Assembly: GCA_964016885.1 (NCBI GenBank)
Contig: OZ024755.1
Span: 24,428,001-24,492,000, forward strand
Source of the DNA: Eledone cirrhosa
Lineage: Eukaryota
Direction: 5' to 3'
Length of the DNA stretch: 64,000 nt
Part shown: piece after piece, positions 1 through 13,837 of the stretch
Numbering within the stretch: position 1 is the first letter of the stretch
Layout: each line of letters opens with the position of its first letter
Program-made: the position numbers and the translations under genes
Notes under the pieces: generated by a model
The model's input: the letters and a program-made list of their open reading frames with translations, nothing else
Told to the model about the DNA's origin: nothing
Database searches by the model: none

Positions 1-262
1 TTAGTGTTGTAGAGTATTAGTGTTGTAGAGTATTAGTGTTGTAGAGTATTAGTGTTGTAGAATATTAGTGTTGTAGAGTGTTAGTGTAATAGAGTATTAG
101 TGTTGTAGAATATTAGTGTTATAGAGTATTAGTGTAATAGAGTGTTAGTTTTGTAGAGTATTAGTGTTGTAGAGTATTAGTGTTGTAGAGTTAGGATTAG
201 TGTCATGGTTAAGGTTAGATTTAGGGTTATAGATTTAGTATTATAGAGTATTAGTATTACAG
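1..262. repeat. 16-bp tandem minisatellite (TTAGTGTTGTAGAGTA)n, decaying after ~190
   Basis: About 12 near-identical 16-mers from the window start, then degenerate copies. Confidence 0.9.
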
Positions 263-412
263 AGTATTAATTTTATAGAATGTTTATATTCAATGTTAAT
301 AATATATAACTAAGTGATGCTAAACTTATTTAAAATTACATTAGAATCCAAATTGATTCTCATTTTCAGTTTTCCAAGTTGTTGGTGGAGTTGTATGTGT
401 GAATGCGTATGA

Positions 413-482
<70 letters not shown>

Positions 483-722
483 GTATGTGTATGTGTGTCT
501 TTAATTTGTGTGTGTAAATCTGGACGACGTTAAATTTCCTATAAAATGTTGATACATCACACTCCTAATAACCTCACTACCAGTCACAGTGGGATACACC
601 AGTAATTAGAAATATATTTAAAGTAACATACAGCAAATATTTGCGGTTCCAGCGTCGATCCCACCTCTTGGCATCATGGCTAAGTATTTTTATCACATCA
701 TACACTCGTTCCGACTGAAACG

Positions 723-1352
723 TTTTCAGTGAAATTGAGTGTAGGCAAACTGTGTGAAAGCCCGTTGCAATCATAAAATACTCTGTAGGAATTTTTCAGT
801 GAAATTCGGAGGAGGGAAACTGTGTGGAAGCCCGTTGCAATCATAAAATACTCTGTAGGAATTTTTCAGTGAAATTCGAAGGAGGGAAACTGTGTGGAAG
901 CCCGTTGCAATCATAAAATACTCTGTAGGAATTTTTCAGTGAAATTCGAAGGAGGGAAACTGTGTGGAAGCCCGTTGCAATCATAAAATACTCTGTAGGA
1001 ATTTTTCAGTGAAATTCGAAGGAGGGAAACTGTGTGGAAGCCCGTTGCAATCATAAAATACTCTGTAGGAATTTTTCAGTGAAATTCGAAGGAGGGAAAC
1101 TGTGTGGAAGCCCGTTGCAATCATAAAATACTCTGTAGGAATTTTTCAGTGAAATTCGAAGGAGGGAAACTGTGTGGAAGCCCGTTGCAATCATAAAATA
1201 CTCTGTAGAAATTTTTCAGTGAAATTCGGAGGAGGGAAACTGTGTGGAAGCCCGTTGCAATCATAAAATACTCTGTAGGAATTTTTCAGTGAAATTCGGA
1301 GGAGGGAAACTGTGTGGAAGCCCGTTGCAATCATAAAATACTCTGTAGAAAT
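723..1352 (+). repeat. 70-bp tandem array, 9 copies, containing a SINE 3'-end motif
   Basis: Unit TTTTCAGTGAAATTCGAAGGAGGGAAACTGTGTGGAAGCCCGTTGCAATCATAAAATACTCTGTAGGAAT starts at 723, 793 ... 1283. First copy is divergent and follows a decayed SINE-like body (~640-722). Confidence 0.95.
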
Positions 1353-2014
1353 TTAGCTATGTTTCTTCACGGCCAAAGTTTAAATTACAGAGAAGACGAT
1401 TCCATGTCCCATAAAAGTAAATAAGAAATCAGTGAAGTTATTAGTAATCAATATAATTTCCTCTTCCTCTCTCCCAACTCTGATATCGATGATCTTCTGT
1501 CTACGTCATTAATCGATATCGATAGTCTTCTGTCTACGTCACTGATCGATATCTACACAAGGTTGATTGCTCCTTGTTTATTTCTTAACCTAAATTCTGT
1601 TATCATACTTCTGTTATCACACACATGTACATACACACACACATATATATGTATATATGTATGTATACTTATGCACAGATATATATGTACGTATGTATGT
1701 ACGTTTATGTGTGTGTGTGTATGTATGTATGTATACATTCTGTATGTATATTTATTGCATATAAACATATAGCATATGCTTTCATAAACACCAGGATTGT
1801 GTGAGTGTGTGTGTGTGTGTATATATATATATATGTGTGTGAATATGTGTGTGTGTCTGTGTGTATGTCTATGTGTGTGTGTGAGTATGTATGTGTCTGT
1901 GTGTGTGTGTGTGCAGGATATCGGTAGATAAACGGTCAAGGAAAACAATGCTCAATCTATTGCAAAAGAGCTTATTTAGTATATATAAAGTTTCATATAC
2001 TTAACATCTTTGTA

Positions 2015-2095
2015 GGGCCTCAGGTTTCGGGATCCAGTTATGGCCACCACAGTATAATAGAGAAGCCTCTTCAAACCTGGCCCCTCATCAGGTGC
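2015..2095 (-). ncRNA. Degenerate hammerhead-like motif
   Basis: Minus strand CUGAUGA, then GGGGCCAG...CUGGAUCCC stem, then GAAA. Cleavage triplet and stem I are not conserved. Confidence 0.3.
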
Positions 2096-2576
2096 TCAGA
2101 CGAAAATAAGAAAAGGAAAGTCCTTTAGCTGACTATATTTGATTTTAAACAGTGGAGAGTCTAATTTAGAGAAGAAGGGAGGTAATTCTGGACTATATCA
2201 GCTCTCAGTTTTAATTTATCTGTATGTAATATGTGTGTGGTATGAGTTTCGTGCTAATTATCTAAAAACCCTAACCTCTTTCAATGAGATCGTTACCAAC
2301 AGAGATCGTAGAATGTTTATTTCTGGGGAATCAAGGGCAGTATCTTTATTATTAGTCTGCAGTCTGCAGTCAGACAAAGAAGAATAACATGGAGGCGTTG
2401 AAAAGGAAAGCAGGGAGAGTAGAGGAAGACTGACCGGGCGGTGTGGCGTCTATCATATGATAATTTAAAAAAAAAGCCCACTTGTCTAAGTCTTTAAAAT
2501 ATTAATTCAAATTAGGCGACGCAAGGGTCAGCGACAAAGGAAAAAAACAACAGAAAAATTGAGTCCCATCCTCAAA

Positions 2577-3160
2577 TACGTGGGTGGTGGGGGTGAAAAG
2601 TTTATAAAGTTCATATGCGGACTATGAAGGAGTGATGCTAGAGTTGTGAAATCTTGCATGCATTATTTTCAACTCCTTTCCGGGTAAACTGACATCTAAC
2701 TGTTCACAGAATTTGGCATCGTGGTGTTATCAAGTACCTGGAGAAAAGGGGTTTAGCCCCCCCCCCTCCCCAAGGACATTCATGCTGACATAGTTGCTAA
2801 ATTAGGGGATCACACTCCAACTTTATCAACAGTGCAAAAGTGGGTAGCTGAATTGAGGAGGGGAAGGGAGATTTTTGAAGACGGTCCAAAGTTTGGATGT
2901 CCTGCAACTTTCACCACCGAGGAAAACATTGATCGTGTTCACCACCTAGTGATGGATGACAGGCGATTGACTATAAATCAAATAGCCAATTCTGTTGATG
3001 ATTCTTTGACTAACAGGAGGAAAGCTTCTTCACCAATGGGATCCAAGCACTGCAACCCCGATGGAAGAAGTGGGTTGACTGCAAGGGGGACTATGTTGAA
3101 AAATAAACCCCATTCGGTCACATTGCATGAGAGTATCTTGGTCAGCCTATGAACTTTTCA
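2577..3160 (+). mobile_element. Internally deleted mariner (Tc1/mariner) relic
   Basis: N-terminal HTH region (WHRGVIKYLEK...KDIHAD...STVQKWVAELRRGREIFEDGPKFGCPATFTTEENIDRVHHLVMDDRRLTINQIAN) joined at ~2990 to the C-terminus (FFTNGIQALQPRWKKWVDCKGDYVEK*, stop 3104-3106). Degenerate TIRs GAAAAG..TTCATA / TATGAACTTTTC. Confidence 0.9.
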
Positions 3161-3177
3161 GATACATGGCTCTCTCC

Positions 3178-3227
<50 letters not shown>

Positions 3228-3239
3228 AGGGGGTGAATG

Positions 3240-3275
<36 letters not shown>

Positions 3276-3317
3276 TATACGTTTATATGTATGTATGCCT
3301 CCATATGTACATTAAAA

Positions 3318-3840
3318 CACACCACACGTACACGCACACACACACCACATACACACCACACACCACATACACACCACACACCACACACCACAACACACAC
3401 CACACACCACACACCACAACACACAACACACACCACACACCACACACCACACCACACACCACACACCACAACACACACCACACACCACACACCACAACAC
3501 ACACCACACACCACACACCACACACCACAACACACACCACACACCACAACACACACCACACACCACACACCACACACCACACACCATAACACACACCACA
3601 CACCACACCACACACCACACACCACACACCACACACCACAACACACACCACACACCACACACCACACACCACACACCACACACCACACATCACACACCAC
3701 AACACACACCACACACCACACACCACACCACAACACACACCACACACCACACACCACACACCACACACCGCAACACACACCACACACCACACATCACACA
3801 CCACAGCACACACCACACACCACACACCACACACCATACA
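3318..3840. repeat. (ACACCAC)n-type 7-bp microsatellite
   Basis: Heptamer array with CAACAC variants. Confidence 0.95.
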
Positions 3841-3926
3841 CCTCTCAAAATATGCAGATTATGCACACAAAATAATAAAACAACTTTTACACGATATTGT
3901 GACTTGATTATATTGGAATTGGATTT

Positions 3927-4698
3927 GGTGGTGGTGGCGGTGGTGGTGGTGGTGGTGGTGGTGGTGGAGGGCGAGGTGGTGGTGGTGGTGGTGGTGGTAA
4001 TAGTGGTGGTGGTGGTGGTGGTGGTGGTAATAGTGGTGGTGGTGGTGGTGTTGGTGGTGGTGGCGGCGGAGGTGGCGGTGGTGGTGGTAATAGTGGTGGT
4101 GGTGGTGGTGTTGGTGGTGGCGGCGGCGGCGGAGGTGGCGGTGGTGGTGGTAATAGTGGTGGTGGTGGTGTTGGTGGTGGCGGCGGCGGAGGTGGCGGCG
4201 GTGGTGGTGTTAGTGGTGGTGGAGGCGGCGGTGGTGGTGGTGGTGTTGGTGATGTGGTTGCGGTGGGGGTTTGTGCTATAATAGTGATGGAAGGTGTTGG
4301 TGGCGGTGATGTAGGGGTGGGGGGTGGGGGCGTGATGGTGGCGGTGGTTATGGTAGTGATGAAGTGGAGGTGGTGGTGGTGGTGGTGGTGGCGGTGTAGT
4401 GGTGGTGGTGGTAGAATAATGGTGATGAGGTTTTGCTGGTGGTGGTGGTGATGAAATGGGTTTGGTGTTGGTGGTGGTGATGGTGGAGGTCATGGTGGTG
4501 GTGTTGATGGTGATGGTGTTGGTGGTATTGGCGGTGATGGTTGTGATGTAAGTGTATTGGCAATGGAGGTGGTGGTGGTGGTTGCGGTATTGAGGTGGTG
4601 GTGACAGTAGTGGTTGTGTAGGGGGGGGGGTGCTGTGGTGATATCGGTGTTGATGGTGATGGTGGCGTTTGTTTTGTCTGTAGTTGTATTCGTGGTAG

Positions 4699-4751
<53 letters not shown>
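3927..4751. repeat. Compound (GGT)n/(GAT)n tract
   Basis: Directly visible trinucleotide repeats. Confidence 0.95.
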
Positions 4752-5092
4752 CATATTTTTTTAAATGCTTGGAACAATATGAGGAAAGAGAAAGCGAAAG
4801 AATGATAGAAAGAAAGAAAAAATTATGAACAAGGAAAATAAATTTTAAAAAGTCACTCATCTTTAAATTATCTCCTGCAAGTTGGCAATATGATCGATTT
4901 CTATGTTTTTATTATAGATTCTTATTTACTACATTTCCATTATCATTGTCATCATTATTATTGTCATCGCAGCCCCCCCCCCCCCCATCACCACCACTGT
5001 GTGAAAGCCTGCTGTTTATATATATATACGCTAACTTATATTTATATATATATATATGTATATGCATATATATATATGTATATGTATATATG

Positions 5093-5159
<67 letters not shown>

Positions 5160-5248
5160 ATCATATGTATGTGTACAATCCAATCCAAGAAGAGAGAGTA
5201 GAGATTAGTTTGTGAAAATTAAATGCGAATATATATACACACATACAC

Positions 5249-5298
<50 letters not shown>

Positions 5299-5330
5299 CT
5301 GTGTGTGTGCGTGTGTGTGTCAGGTCATTC

Positions 5331-5880
5331 TTAAGTTCTACGGGTAATATGTAAGCCAGTACAACCCGTCATATGGTCGGGTCGTCGGTGACTAAACCGA
5401 CATCGACAGTCGATCGACTTTCGTCAAATCGGACCGAGGAAACAATGTTTCCATTGGTCTTTCCAATTGCTAATACTTTCTATCGGTCGCAACTCCAGGT
5501 AGAAGGAGCAACATGAAATAAAGTGTCTTGCCCAAGAACATAACGTATCGCCCGATCCGGCAATCGAACTCACAACCTCACGATTGCGAATCCAATTCTC
5601 TAACCACTCAGCCACGTGCCTTCACTAAACCGGTATATAAATCGAATATAAAGCTCTTGACGATTACCAAATTGTCATGGCCGAAAATACAACATACATA
5701 TGCAGAACCTGTGACGAAGAATCCAGGTCTGCTGACGGCCTAAAAACATACATCAAGGTGCATAACGAACCTCAAGAGGCCAATAATGTTATAGCGAGAT
5801 CATTACACACCTGCAAACTCTGTAGAAAACACTGTAAGTCACTTGCAGGCCGAAAAAGCCATATTCGTCCGCAACACTAG
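5331..5880 (+). mobile_element. RTE-like LINE derivative (5' piece plus two C-terminal C2H2 fingers) interrupted by a SINE
   Basis: 5331-5405 matches 8185-8255. 5700-5880 reads CRTCDEESRSADGLKTYIKVH and CKLCRKHCKSLAGRKSHIRPQH, homologous to fingers at 8645-8716 and 51760-51920. Confidence 0.65.
5411..5628 (-). mobile_element. tRNA-derived SINE (family T)
   Basis: Reverse complement of 55176-55393. Box A TGGCTGAGTGG, box B GTTCGATT, CORE/V-like hairpin TTGGGCAAGACAC. Confidence 0.9.
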
Positions 5881-6362
5881 TAAAGCAACACCAACCGTCA
5901 CTGTATCAAAGTCAATTTGAAATGAATGCCGGACCAAAATAACTCACATGTTTATTTCCATCCAGTAAATTCTCGTTTACTTGCTATTAACTTAATAGTG
6001 ATATCGTCTTAATAAAATTTGATATTACTGGAAACGGAAAACGGAAATAATTACACTGATTGAGAATGAACACGATGAAGTAAATATATCTGCCTCCCAC
6101 ACAAACACAGGCTGAGTGTCAGAACCAACGAAGGATATGTTATGTAGTCACAATGCATGCAAGAAATAGCAGTCAAATCTACCTAAAATTCCACCTTACA
6201 ACTTCAAAATAACGAAGGATACTCCGGATATCGTTGTACTAGATATAGCTGCGTTACATTACATGTCACTGTGTCACACAATATGCATATGTGTGTGTAT
6301 ATGAATATATATGTGTGTATATATGTATGTATGCATGTGAGTGTACACACACACACACACAT

Positions 6363-6403
<41 letters not shown>

Positions 6404-6411
6404 GAAAAAAG

Positions 6412-6715
6412 GGACATAGCTTGGAGGTCAGAGAGTTCCGCTCAAGATCCTATGGTCGTGTGTTTGATTCCCGGTACGAGCATTATGCCTACCCTTGTAT
6501 TTCAAATTATTCCAGTCCGCTCAGCTGGAAAATATGATTTGTACCTCTAATTCAAATGACCAACCTCGTCACATTCTGCATCACGTTCATGTTCCTGAGA
6601 ACAACGTTAAGTGTATACGTGTTTGTGAAATATTCAGTTATATATTTTTCAAACAGGTGCTTCCGCTGTTTGATCAACCGAAAATCTCATAATCGGAATT
6701 GATGCAAATCCAACA
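6412..6715 (+). mobile_element. Decayed tRNA-derived SINE
   Basis: Degenerate A/B boxes (GTTTGATTCCCGG) followed by CCAGTCCGCTCAGCTGG and CCTGAGAACAACGTTAAG body motifs. Confidence 0.6.
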
Positions 6716-7194
6716 ACAAAAAGCCACAAAAATGCCAAATATTGATTCAGTGTTTCGGCCCCTATATTTTGTTTCTGGTTCTTTGTGGAACATTAGATCT
6801 TAAATCAGTGAATTACAAATAGATCGAGGAACAAACACCATTCTGGATATCTTTGGGTTTCTTCCAATAGTGCCCCCCCACTGTATTCTCTGCCAGGATT
6901 GTAGTATTACAATCCTTCACGGAACTCACAATGTGGTCGACCATATGCTTTCTAAGCACTACAATTTGGAACAACCTTAACATATCACCCTAGGAGTTTT
7001 CTCTTTTTCCTTTTTTTTTTGGTTTCAGATAAACAGTGACAAACAAATGTTTGGCTTCCTTAACACATTCCAAACATTGAATTTACAAAATATTTATGAA
7101 TGGTTAGTGAAGGCATGTAGACGAGTAATTACACTGTTCTGCTTACGTTCATAAAGTCATGAGTTAGATTCTCGGTTACACCTTGTTACGGTAT

Positions 7195-7480
7195 ATAAGA
7201 CACCTTGGAAATCGAGGTGGTAAGTAATGTCTTAGAGGAATATGAAAGGTTGGCGGGAGCAAAGAACAACCCGGAAAAGTCGGTGGGTTTGCAGCTCGGC
7301 ACGTTCCGGATGATTTTCGAGCTGAGAACTATAGATAATTTCCGGAAATCCCTGGCTTGGCAGTGTTACCGGAGGACAGAGCCGGTTAGAGACAAACTCT
7401 ACAAGCATGGACGGCTATCAACCAACTCCATCGTGAAGAGTGTCCGCCGCCTTATTTTGGACGGGAGGGCAGACAATGTT
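7195..7480 (+). mobile_element. Tx1/L1-like LINE ORF2 relic with internal deletion
   Basis: LEEYERLAGAKNNPEKSVGLQLGT (end of RT domain) fused to DNFRKSLAWQCYRRTEPVRDKLYKHG, which matches MDNFQKSLA*QCYRGAL near 36190. Confidence 0.8.
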
Positions 7481-7991
7481 GCAGTCTGTTTACACACATA
7501 AATACAGGCACACATGTCTTCATACACACTCACACACTCACACACTCACACATTCCCACATATACGCACGCATACACACACACACACACACATACACACT
7601 TACACGCATGCTGGCATTAATTGAGTGAGTGAGATGTGAGCCCTCTGTATTTGCTTGTCTCACAATCACCACCAACCTTTACATCTTTATATATAAACGA
7701 CACACACAAATTTTCATCTCCAAATCCCCTATTTTTTAAATCGGATCCTTCATATCAGCAAAAGCTAGGCAGATAGCTTTCTATAGCTCGGGGCAACTGA
7801 TTAAGTTAATTGCTTCGTTTAATGAGAGGAAGCTGGCTATCTGGTAATGCTATAATGATAATGTATCGCAACAATTACTAACTTCTAGCTGGAAATAAAC
7901 AACTGTATTTTCGACAACCCACGCAGCATATTTTCCAATATACTTCCCCTCTTAGCTTTATATAGACCAGTATCTTCCAAACAGATGTACT

Positions 7992-8118
7992 ACGAGATTG
8001 TGCTTAGTGTACCACGACATAGTGTTACGTGTGCCGCAAGATTGTGCTAGGTTCTCCGCGTGATTGTGCTAGGTGCGGTGCGAGATTGTGCTAGGAGTGC
8101 AGCGTGATTGTACTAGGA
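7992..8118. repeat. Degenerate ~22-bp tandem repeat (core GATTGTGCTAGG)
   Basis: Five or six spaced copies of the core. Confidence 0.75.
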
Positions 8119-8136
8119 TATATATATATATATTTG

Positions 8137-8172
<36 letters not shown>

Positions 8173-8176
8173 CATA

Positions 8177-8773
8177 TAGTTGGTGCTACTGGTAACATGT
8201 ATCCCAGTACAACCTGTCTCATGGTCGGGTCGTTGGCGACTAAACTGGCAACCGCACCCAGGTTTCTTGGTGAGGAGGGTGACTTTGGACATCCTGCAGG
8301 ACTAAAAACAAAACCTGTCAAAGGGCAAAGGAGCTCTTAAGAGTCAATGGCCATCCAAAATCACCGGGAGAGATGACCCCCTTAGCCTTTGTCAAGGCAG
8401 AATTCTAGGAGAAGGAACACTCTGATATAACACCTGCAACTCTGATGGTATCCAATGATGTTGACTTGTTCTTCTTTTTGGTAAATATCATCTTGGTTTA
8501 GAGAGTGGGACTGGCTTTGTGCAGTGCCTTTGCTCACTATAAAAGCTTCACGGCACAGGCATTGCTTTATATATGGAGATCTCTCTGCACTTGTCGTCAC
8601 ATGGTACCATGGGCCCAGCACTATGTGTCAATAATTGTCACAAGTGTAGTGTTTGTACCAGAGTTTTCAAGTCGCTGGCTGGACTAAAAAGTCACACTCG
8701 TTCAGCGCATCGGTAGGGGTTCTCCTACATGGATATAAAGTAGTGGCCGTACTCGAAAACGAGTTGGCAGCCA

Positions 8774-8776
<3 letters not shown>
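8177..8776 (+). mobile_element. Bipartite non-autonomous RTE-like element (5' UTR plus 3' end)
   Basis: 5'-UTR-like part, then terminal finger CSVCTRVFKSLAGLKSHTRSAHR* (8645-8716) and tail GGCCGTACTCGAAAACGAGTTGGCAGCCACC. (TA)n on both sides. Confidence 0.75.
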
Positions 8777-8832
<56 letters not shown>

Positions 8833-9114
8833 TACATATTATATATGTATATATAAAAACTCACGCACACACACATGTATGCAAGCATGGATCTATGCAT
8901 GGTTTTTGTAATACATTTAACAACTATTAGATTCATATACGTTATTAGCAAACACATATATTCTCCATTGCCAAGCTTCTGCCAATAAAGTCTATGAAAC
9001 TGTCAGTGTTTTGAATGTATAGAAATTACTTTTATGTTTACATATCGTGGTCTCATTCGTATATAATAGAAAATCATAGTTAACTACACCCCCCTCCACA
9101 CACACACACAAATA

Positions 9115-9205
<91 letters not shown>

Positions 9206-9494
9206 TCGTACGTTTCCACCGTTCTATACAAACGGGGGCGTATGTGTGTGTGTTTCTATGTTTATATATGTATATATAGATATAGATATAGATATATATA
9301 TATATATATGTGTTATATTATATATGTATTATATTATATATGTATGTATATATATATATAGACATGTATTTATTTAAACACCTGACGCAATTATATAAAC
9401 ATCATCAAAGAATAATTAGTTATTTTTCTTTTCTTCTTTTACTACTACTACCACAACCACCACCACCACCACCACCACCACCACCACCACCACC

Positions 9495-9534
<40 letters not shown>

Positions 9535-9640
9535 CTACTACTACTACTACTACTGCTGCTGCTGCTCTGCTACTACTACTAGTGCAACTACTACTATTAC
9601 TAATAATAATAATGATGATGATGATAATAATAATAATAAT

Positions 9641-9983
9641 AGTGGCCTGCCCATTCGACACGAGAGTGCAAGAGAAGGAGAGGGAGAAAATTAACCGATA
9701 CCAGGACTTAAAGTGGGAGGTAAAAAGGATTTGGAACTGCCATGAAGTCAAAGTGGTCCCGATTGTGATAGGCGCACTAGGTACTATCTCAAAGAGTTTC
9801 CAGGAATGGTTAAAGAAAATTGGCCGCGCCCCGCTTTTTGGAACACTTCAAAAGGCATGCTTGCTGGGAACAGCAAGAACCCTCCGATGCGTCCTGAATA
9901 TCTGAGGCTGCAGGTAGCGGCTTGATATTCATTTCAACAAACTTTCCAGTTAACTAACATCAATGACTGAGACTCAAAGAACA
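9641..9983 (+). mobile_element. 5'-truncated R4/Dong-like LINE (restriction-like endonuclease C-terminus plus 3' UTR)
   Basis: VACPFDTRVQEKEREKINRYQDLKWEVKRIW...VVPIVIGALGTI...LQKACLLGTARTLRCVLNI*. (TAA)n on both sides. Confidence 0.88.
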
Positions 9984-10020
9984 ATAATATTTATAATAAT
10001 AATAATTTCGGCCTCATTAC

Positions 10021-10103
<83 letters not shown>

Positions 10104-10322
10104 ACCCTCTTTCTCCCTTCCCACTATCCCACTATCACTCCCTCTCTTTCTCTCTATCAGTCGCACAATCTTACCACCCTCTTTCCAACATGTCAGACGT
10201 TTTACAAGAAGGATGCACCAGTATTGATATAACAGAAGATAGATTATTGTCACTGTTAGACTTACAGTTGATGACGTCACCTTTCCATTATTCGACGTAA
10301 ACCAAACATTATCTTATGTTTC

Positions 10323-10900
10323 CTATCGGTAGAGGGTCGGACGCCATGCTTTCCAGCATAGTTACGTCCCTTTATGATCTGAGTTCAAATCCCGCCGAGG
10401 TTGACTTTGCCTTGCATCCTTACGGCGTCGATAAAATAAAGTACCAGTAATGGACTGGGTAATTGCTGGCCTTGTGCCTAAAGTAGAAACAATTATCTTA
10501 TGTTTCCTTCTGTTACGTCCCTTTACGGTCTGAGTTCAAATCCCGCCGAGGTTAACTTTGACCTTCATCCTTACGGGGTCGATAAAATAAAGTACCAGTA
10601 ACGCACTGGGTCGTTTTAATCGGCTTTTTCCTCCCCCAAAATTGATGGCCCTGTGCCTATATAAGAAACCATTATTATTATCAGCATCGAAGCAGGGCGG
10701 TGGATTGGCAGTATCGGTAGAGGGTCGGACGCCATGCTTTGACGCATAGAGTTACGGCCCTTTCCATTCTGAGTTCAAATCCCGCCGAGGTTAACTCTGC
10801 CTTTCCTCCTTACGGGGTCGATAAAATAAAGTGTCAGTAATGTACTGGGTAATTGCTGGCCTTGTGCCAAAAGTAGAAACAATTATCTTATGTTTCCTTC
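10323..10900 (+). mobile_element. Cluster of three Deu/Nin-domain-like SINEs (family N)
   Basis: Three copies of GAGTTCAAATCCCGCCGAGGTT.ACTTTG.CTT.CATCCTTACGGGGTCGATAAAATAAAGTACCAGT with tail TTGCTGGCCTTGTGCC. Repeated flank ATTATCTTATGTTTCCT suggests local duplication. Confidence 0.9.
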
Positions 10901-11117
10901 TGTTGCATCTCATGTGTTGCGCACGCTTGGCACTAATATCATCATCATCAGCATCATCACAACCATCGTCATTATCATCATCATCATCATCACCACAACC
11001 ATCGTCATCATCATCATCATCATCATCATCACCACAACCATCGTCATCACCACCACCACCGCCGCCATCATCATCGTCAACATCGTCTTCACCACCATCA
11101 CCACCACCATCATCATG

Positions 11118-11148
<31 letters not shown>

Positions 11149-11398
11149 GTGATGGTAGAGGTGATGTTAGTGGTGGCAGTGTTGTTATTTCTTTTCTTTC
11201 TTTTTACAGGGATAGCGACGTCAGTATTGTTGAAGTATTGTTAGTGATGAAGGGGGAGGCGGGGAGAGGGGGGAGTGATGATGTCTTTGTTGTTGATGAT
11301 GATGATAATGTTTGTTGGATGGTTGTGATGATGATGATAGTAATCAGTAGTGTTTCGAGTGTAATGACAAAATGATCCATCATATTATATATTCAGTA

Positions 11399-11443
<45 letters not shown>

Positions 11444-11494
11444 ATATATATATATATAACATATAATATATACAATATAAATATATCATATAAT

Positions 11495-11575
<81 letters not shown>

Positions 11576-11680
11576 GTATACGTACATGTATATGTATATA
11601 TATATATATACAAAATATAATATATACAATATAAATATATCAAATGATTTATAAAATATATATATATATTGCATCTATGT

Positions 11681-11781
<101 letters not shown>

Positions 11782-12156
11782 ATGTATATGTATATATATA
11801 CAAAATATAATATATACAATATATAATATATACAATATATAATATATACAATATATAATATATACAATATATAATATATACAATATATATAATATATAAT
11901 TTTCGTGTTGCGTGGAATGATTTCGGAATATCAGTTTACAGGCAGTTCCATAACAAGGTGGAAAATTGAAAGCTATATATACAAACAACTATACACTCAC
12001 TCATCTACATACATTCGTAAGAACTCTCTTCCCACTCTACAGTCTGTCACAAAGCTAACGATCTCATCCATAAAAAAATATTTCGAAAAACATTTACATA
12101 ACATACATGTACGGGGGTATATATATATATGTGTGTGTGTGTGTGTGAGTGAGTGC

Positions 12157-12191
<35 letters not shown>

Positions 12192-12648
12192 TGAGTGCGT
12201 GAGTGTATGTGTGTGTGAGTGTGAGTGTGTGTGTGGGAGTGGGTGTGTGTGTGTGTGTGAGTGTGTGTGTGTGAGTGTGTGAGTGAGTGTGTGTGTGTGT
12301 GTGTGAGTGGGTGTGTGTGAGTGAGTGCGTGAGTGTGTGTGTGTGTGAGTGTGTGTGTGTGTGAGTGTGTGTGTGTGTGTGAGTGTGTGTGTGTGAGTGT
12401 GTGAGTGAGTGTGTGTGTGTGTGTGTGAGTGGGTGTGCGTGTGTGTGAGAGAGAGTGGGTGTGTGTGTATGTGTGTGTGTGTGCGCGCGCGTGTGTGTGA
12501 GTGTGTGTGTGTGTGTGTGTGCGCGTATATGTACGTATATATGTATGTAGGATGAAGACATATTTACTTATGAATGAGAACGTCTGTTTTGTGACATGTA
12601 TATACACACACATACGCACACAAACAGATATGTATTTACATATATACA

Positions 12649-12722
<74 letters not shown>

Positions 12723-12850
12723 TATATTTATATATGTATATATATATATATATATTCATGTGTGTGTCTATGTGTGCGTATTTTTACATATAAATGTACA
12801 TATATTTCCATATATAAATATCTTTTTATTCATTTATTAATGTTTGAATG

Positions 12851-12908
<58 letters not shown>

Positions 12909-13070
12909 TGTATGTATGTATGTATGTATATATGCATGTATGCATGCATGTATGTATGCATGTAATCAAATATATACGTACATAGATACAGGATTACATA
13001 CCTGCATGCAAATACAAATCTATACACACACATAGGCACAGAATTATAAATACATACATATATATATATA

Positions 13071-13148
<78 letters not shown>

Positions 13149-13576
13149 ACAGACACACAGACACACACACACACACATATATATATATACACAGTATATA
13201 TCAATAAAAACAGACCGGTATTCATATGAATATATATGCCTCGAATTATGGAGAAAATGTGATTTTCTAGCTAACTCAATGAGACTATAGCAAGATTGTA
13301 GAAGCAAATAATGGTTATAATATTAGCTTATCAAATGTTTGAAAATTTGAAAAAATAGGATTGTAAATAAATATTGGGGAACTAATTAATAATACACACT
13401 AGCACAGCATGGAATTGGAAGACAATTGAATATAGTGAAGTATCTTTTGAATATATATCATTCGTCCTCCATCGGTTTCGTCGGTGAGCAACTGAAGATT
13501 GTACTTGTGTATTAAGGTATAAGTGGTTTAGTATTCTACAAAAACGTGTATCCTTCAACGGGATGTTATCAGCTGT

Positions 13577-13652
<76 letters not shown>

Positions 13653-13837
13653 CTGCAATCTGATAATAAGCGCCTGAGTTCGATCCCATTATGTGATATC
13701 ATGTGAAAGTCTCGTTAGCAAAGTTTCGGGTCATTTTAAACTTGGCGAATGCATTTTTGTAGGACTGAAGCAACTCGCATTAAAACATCCAAGAAACCTC
13801 TAACTGGATGTGAGATGTAACATAGGTGAGCTGTTAT

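Noticed and set aside
1-262. Telomere-like TTAG repeats
   Set aside because: The unit is a 16-mer and only one TTAGGG is present.
723-1352. CRISPR-like appearance of the 70-bp, 20-bp and 48-bp arrays
   Set aside because: Head-to-tail repeats with no unique spacers, no cas genes, and a eukaryotic context.
5677-5880. Host C2H2 zinc-finger gene exon
   Set aside because: No TGEKP linker, first His lost, and homologues in the window end in a shared retroelement-type tail.
8232-8285. Twister ribozyme at the RTE-like 5' end (UAA...CCC...GAGGAGGG)
   Set aside because: P1 and P2 cannot be paired by eye and the loop-4 AAGC is missing. An Infernal twister search on the family consensus would settle it.
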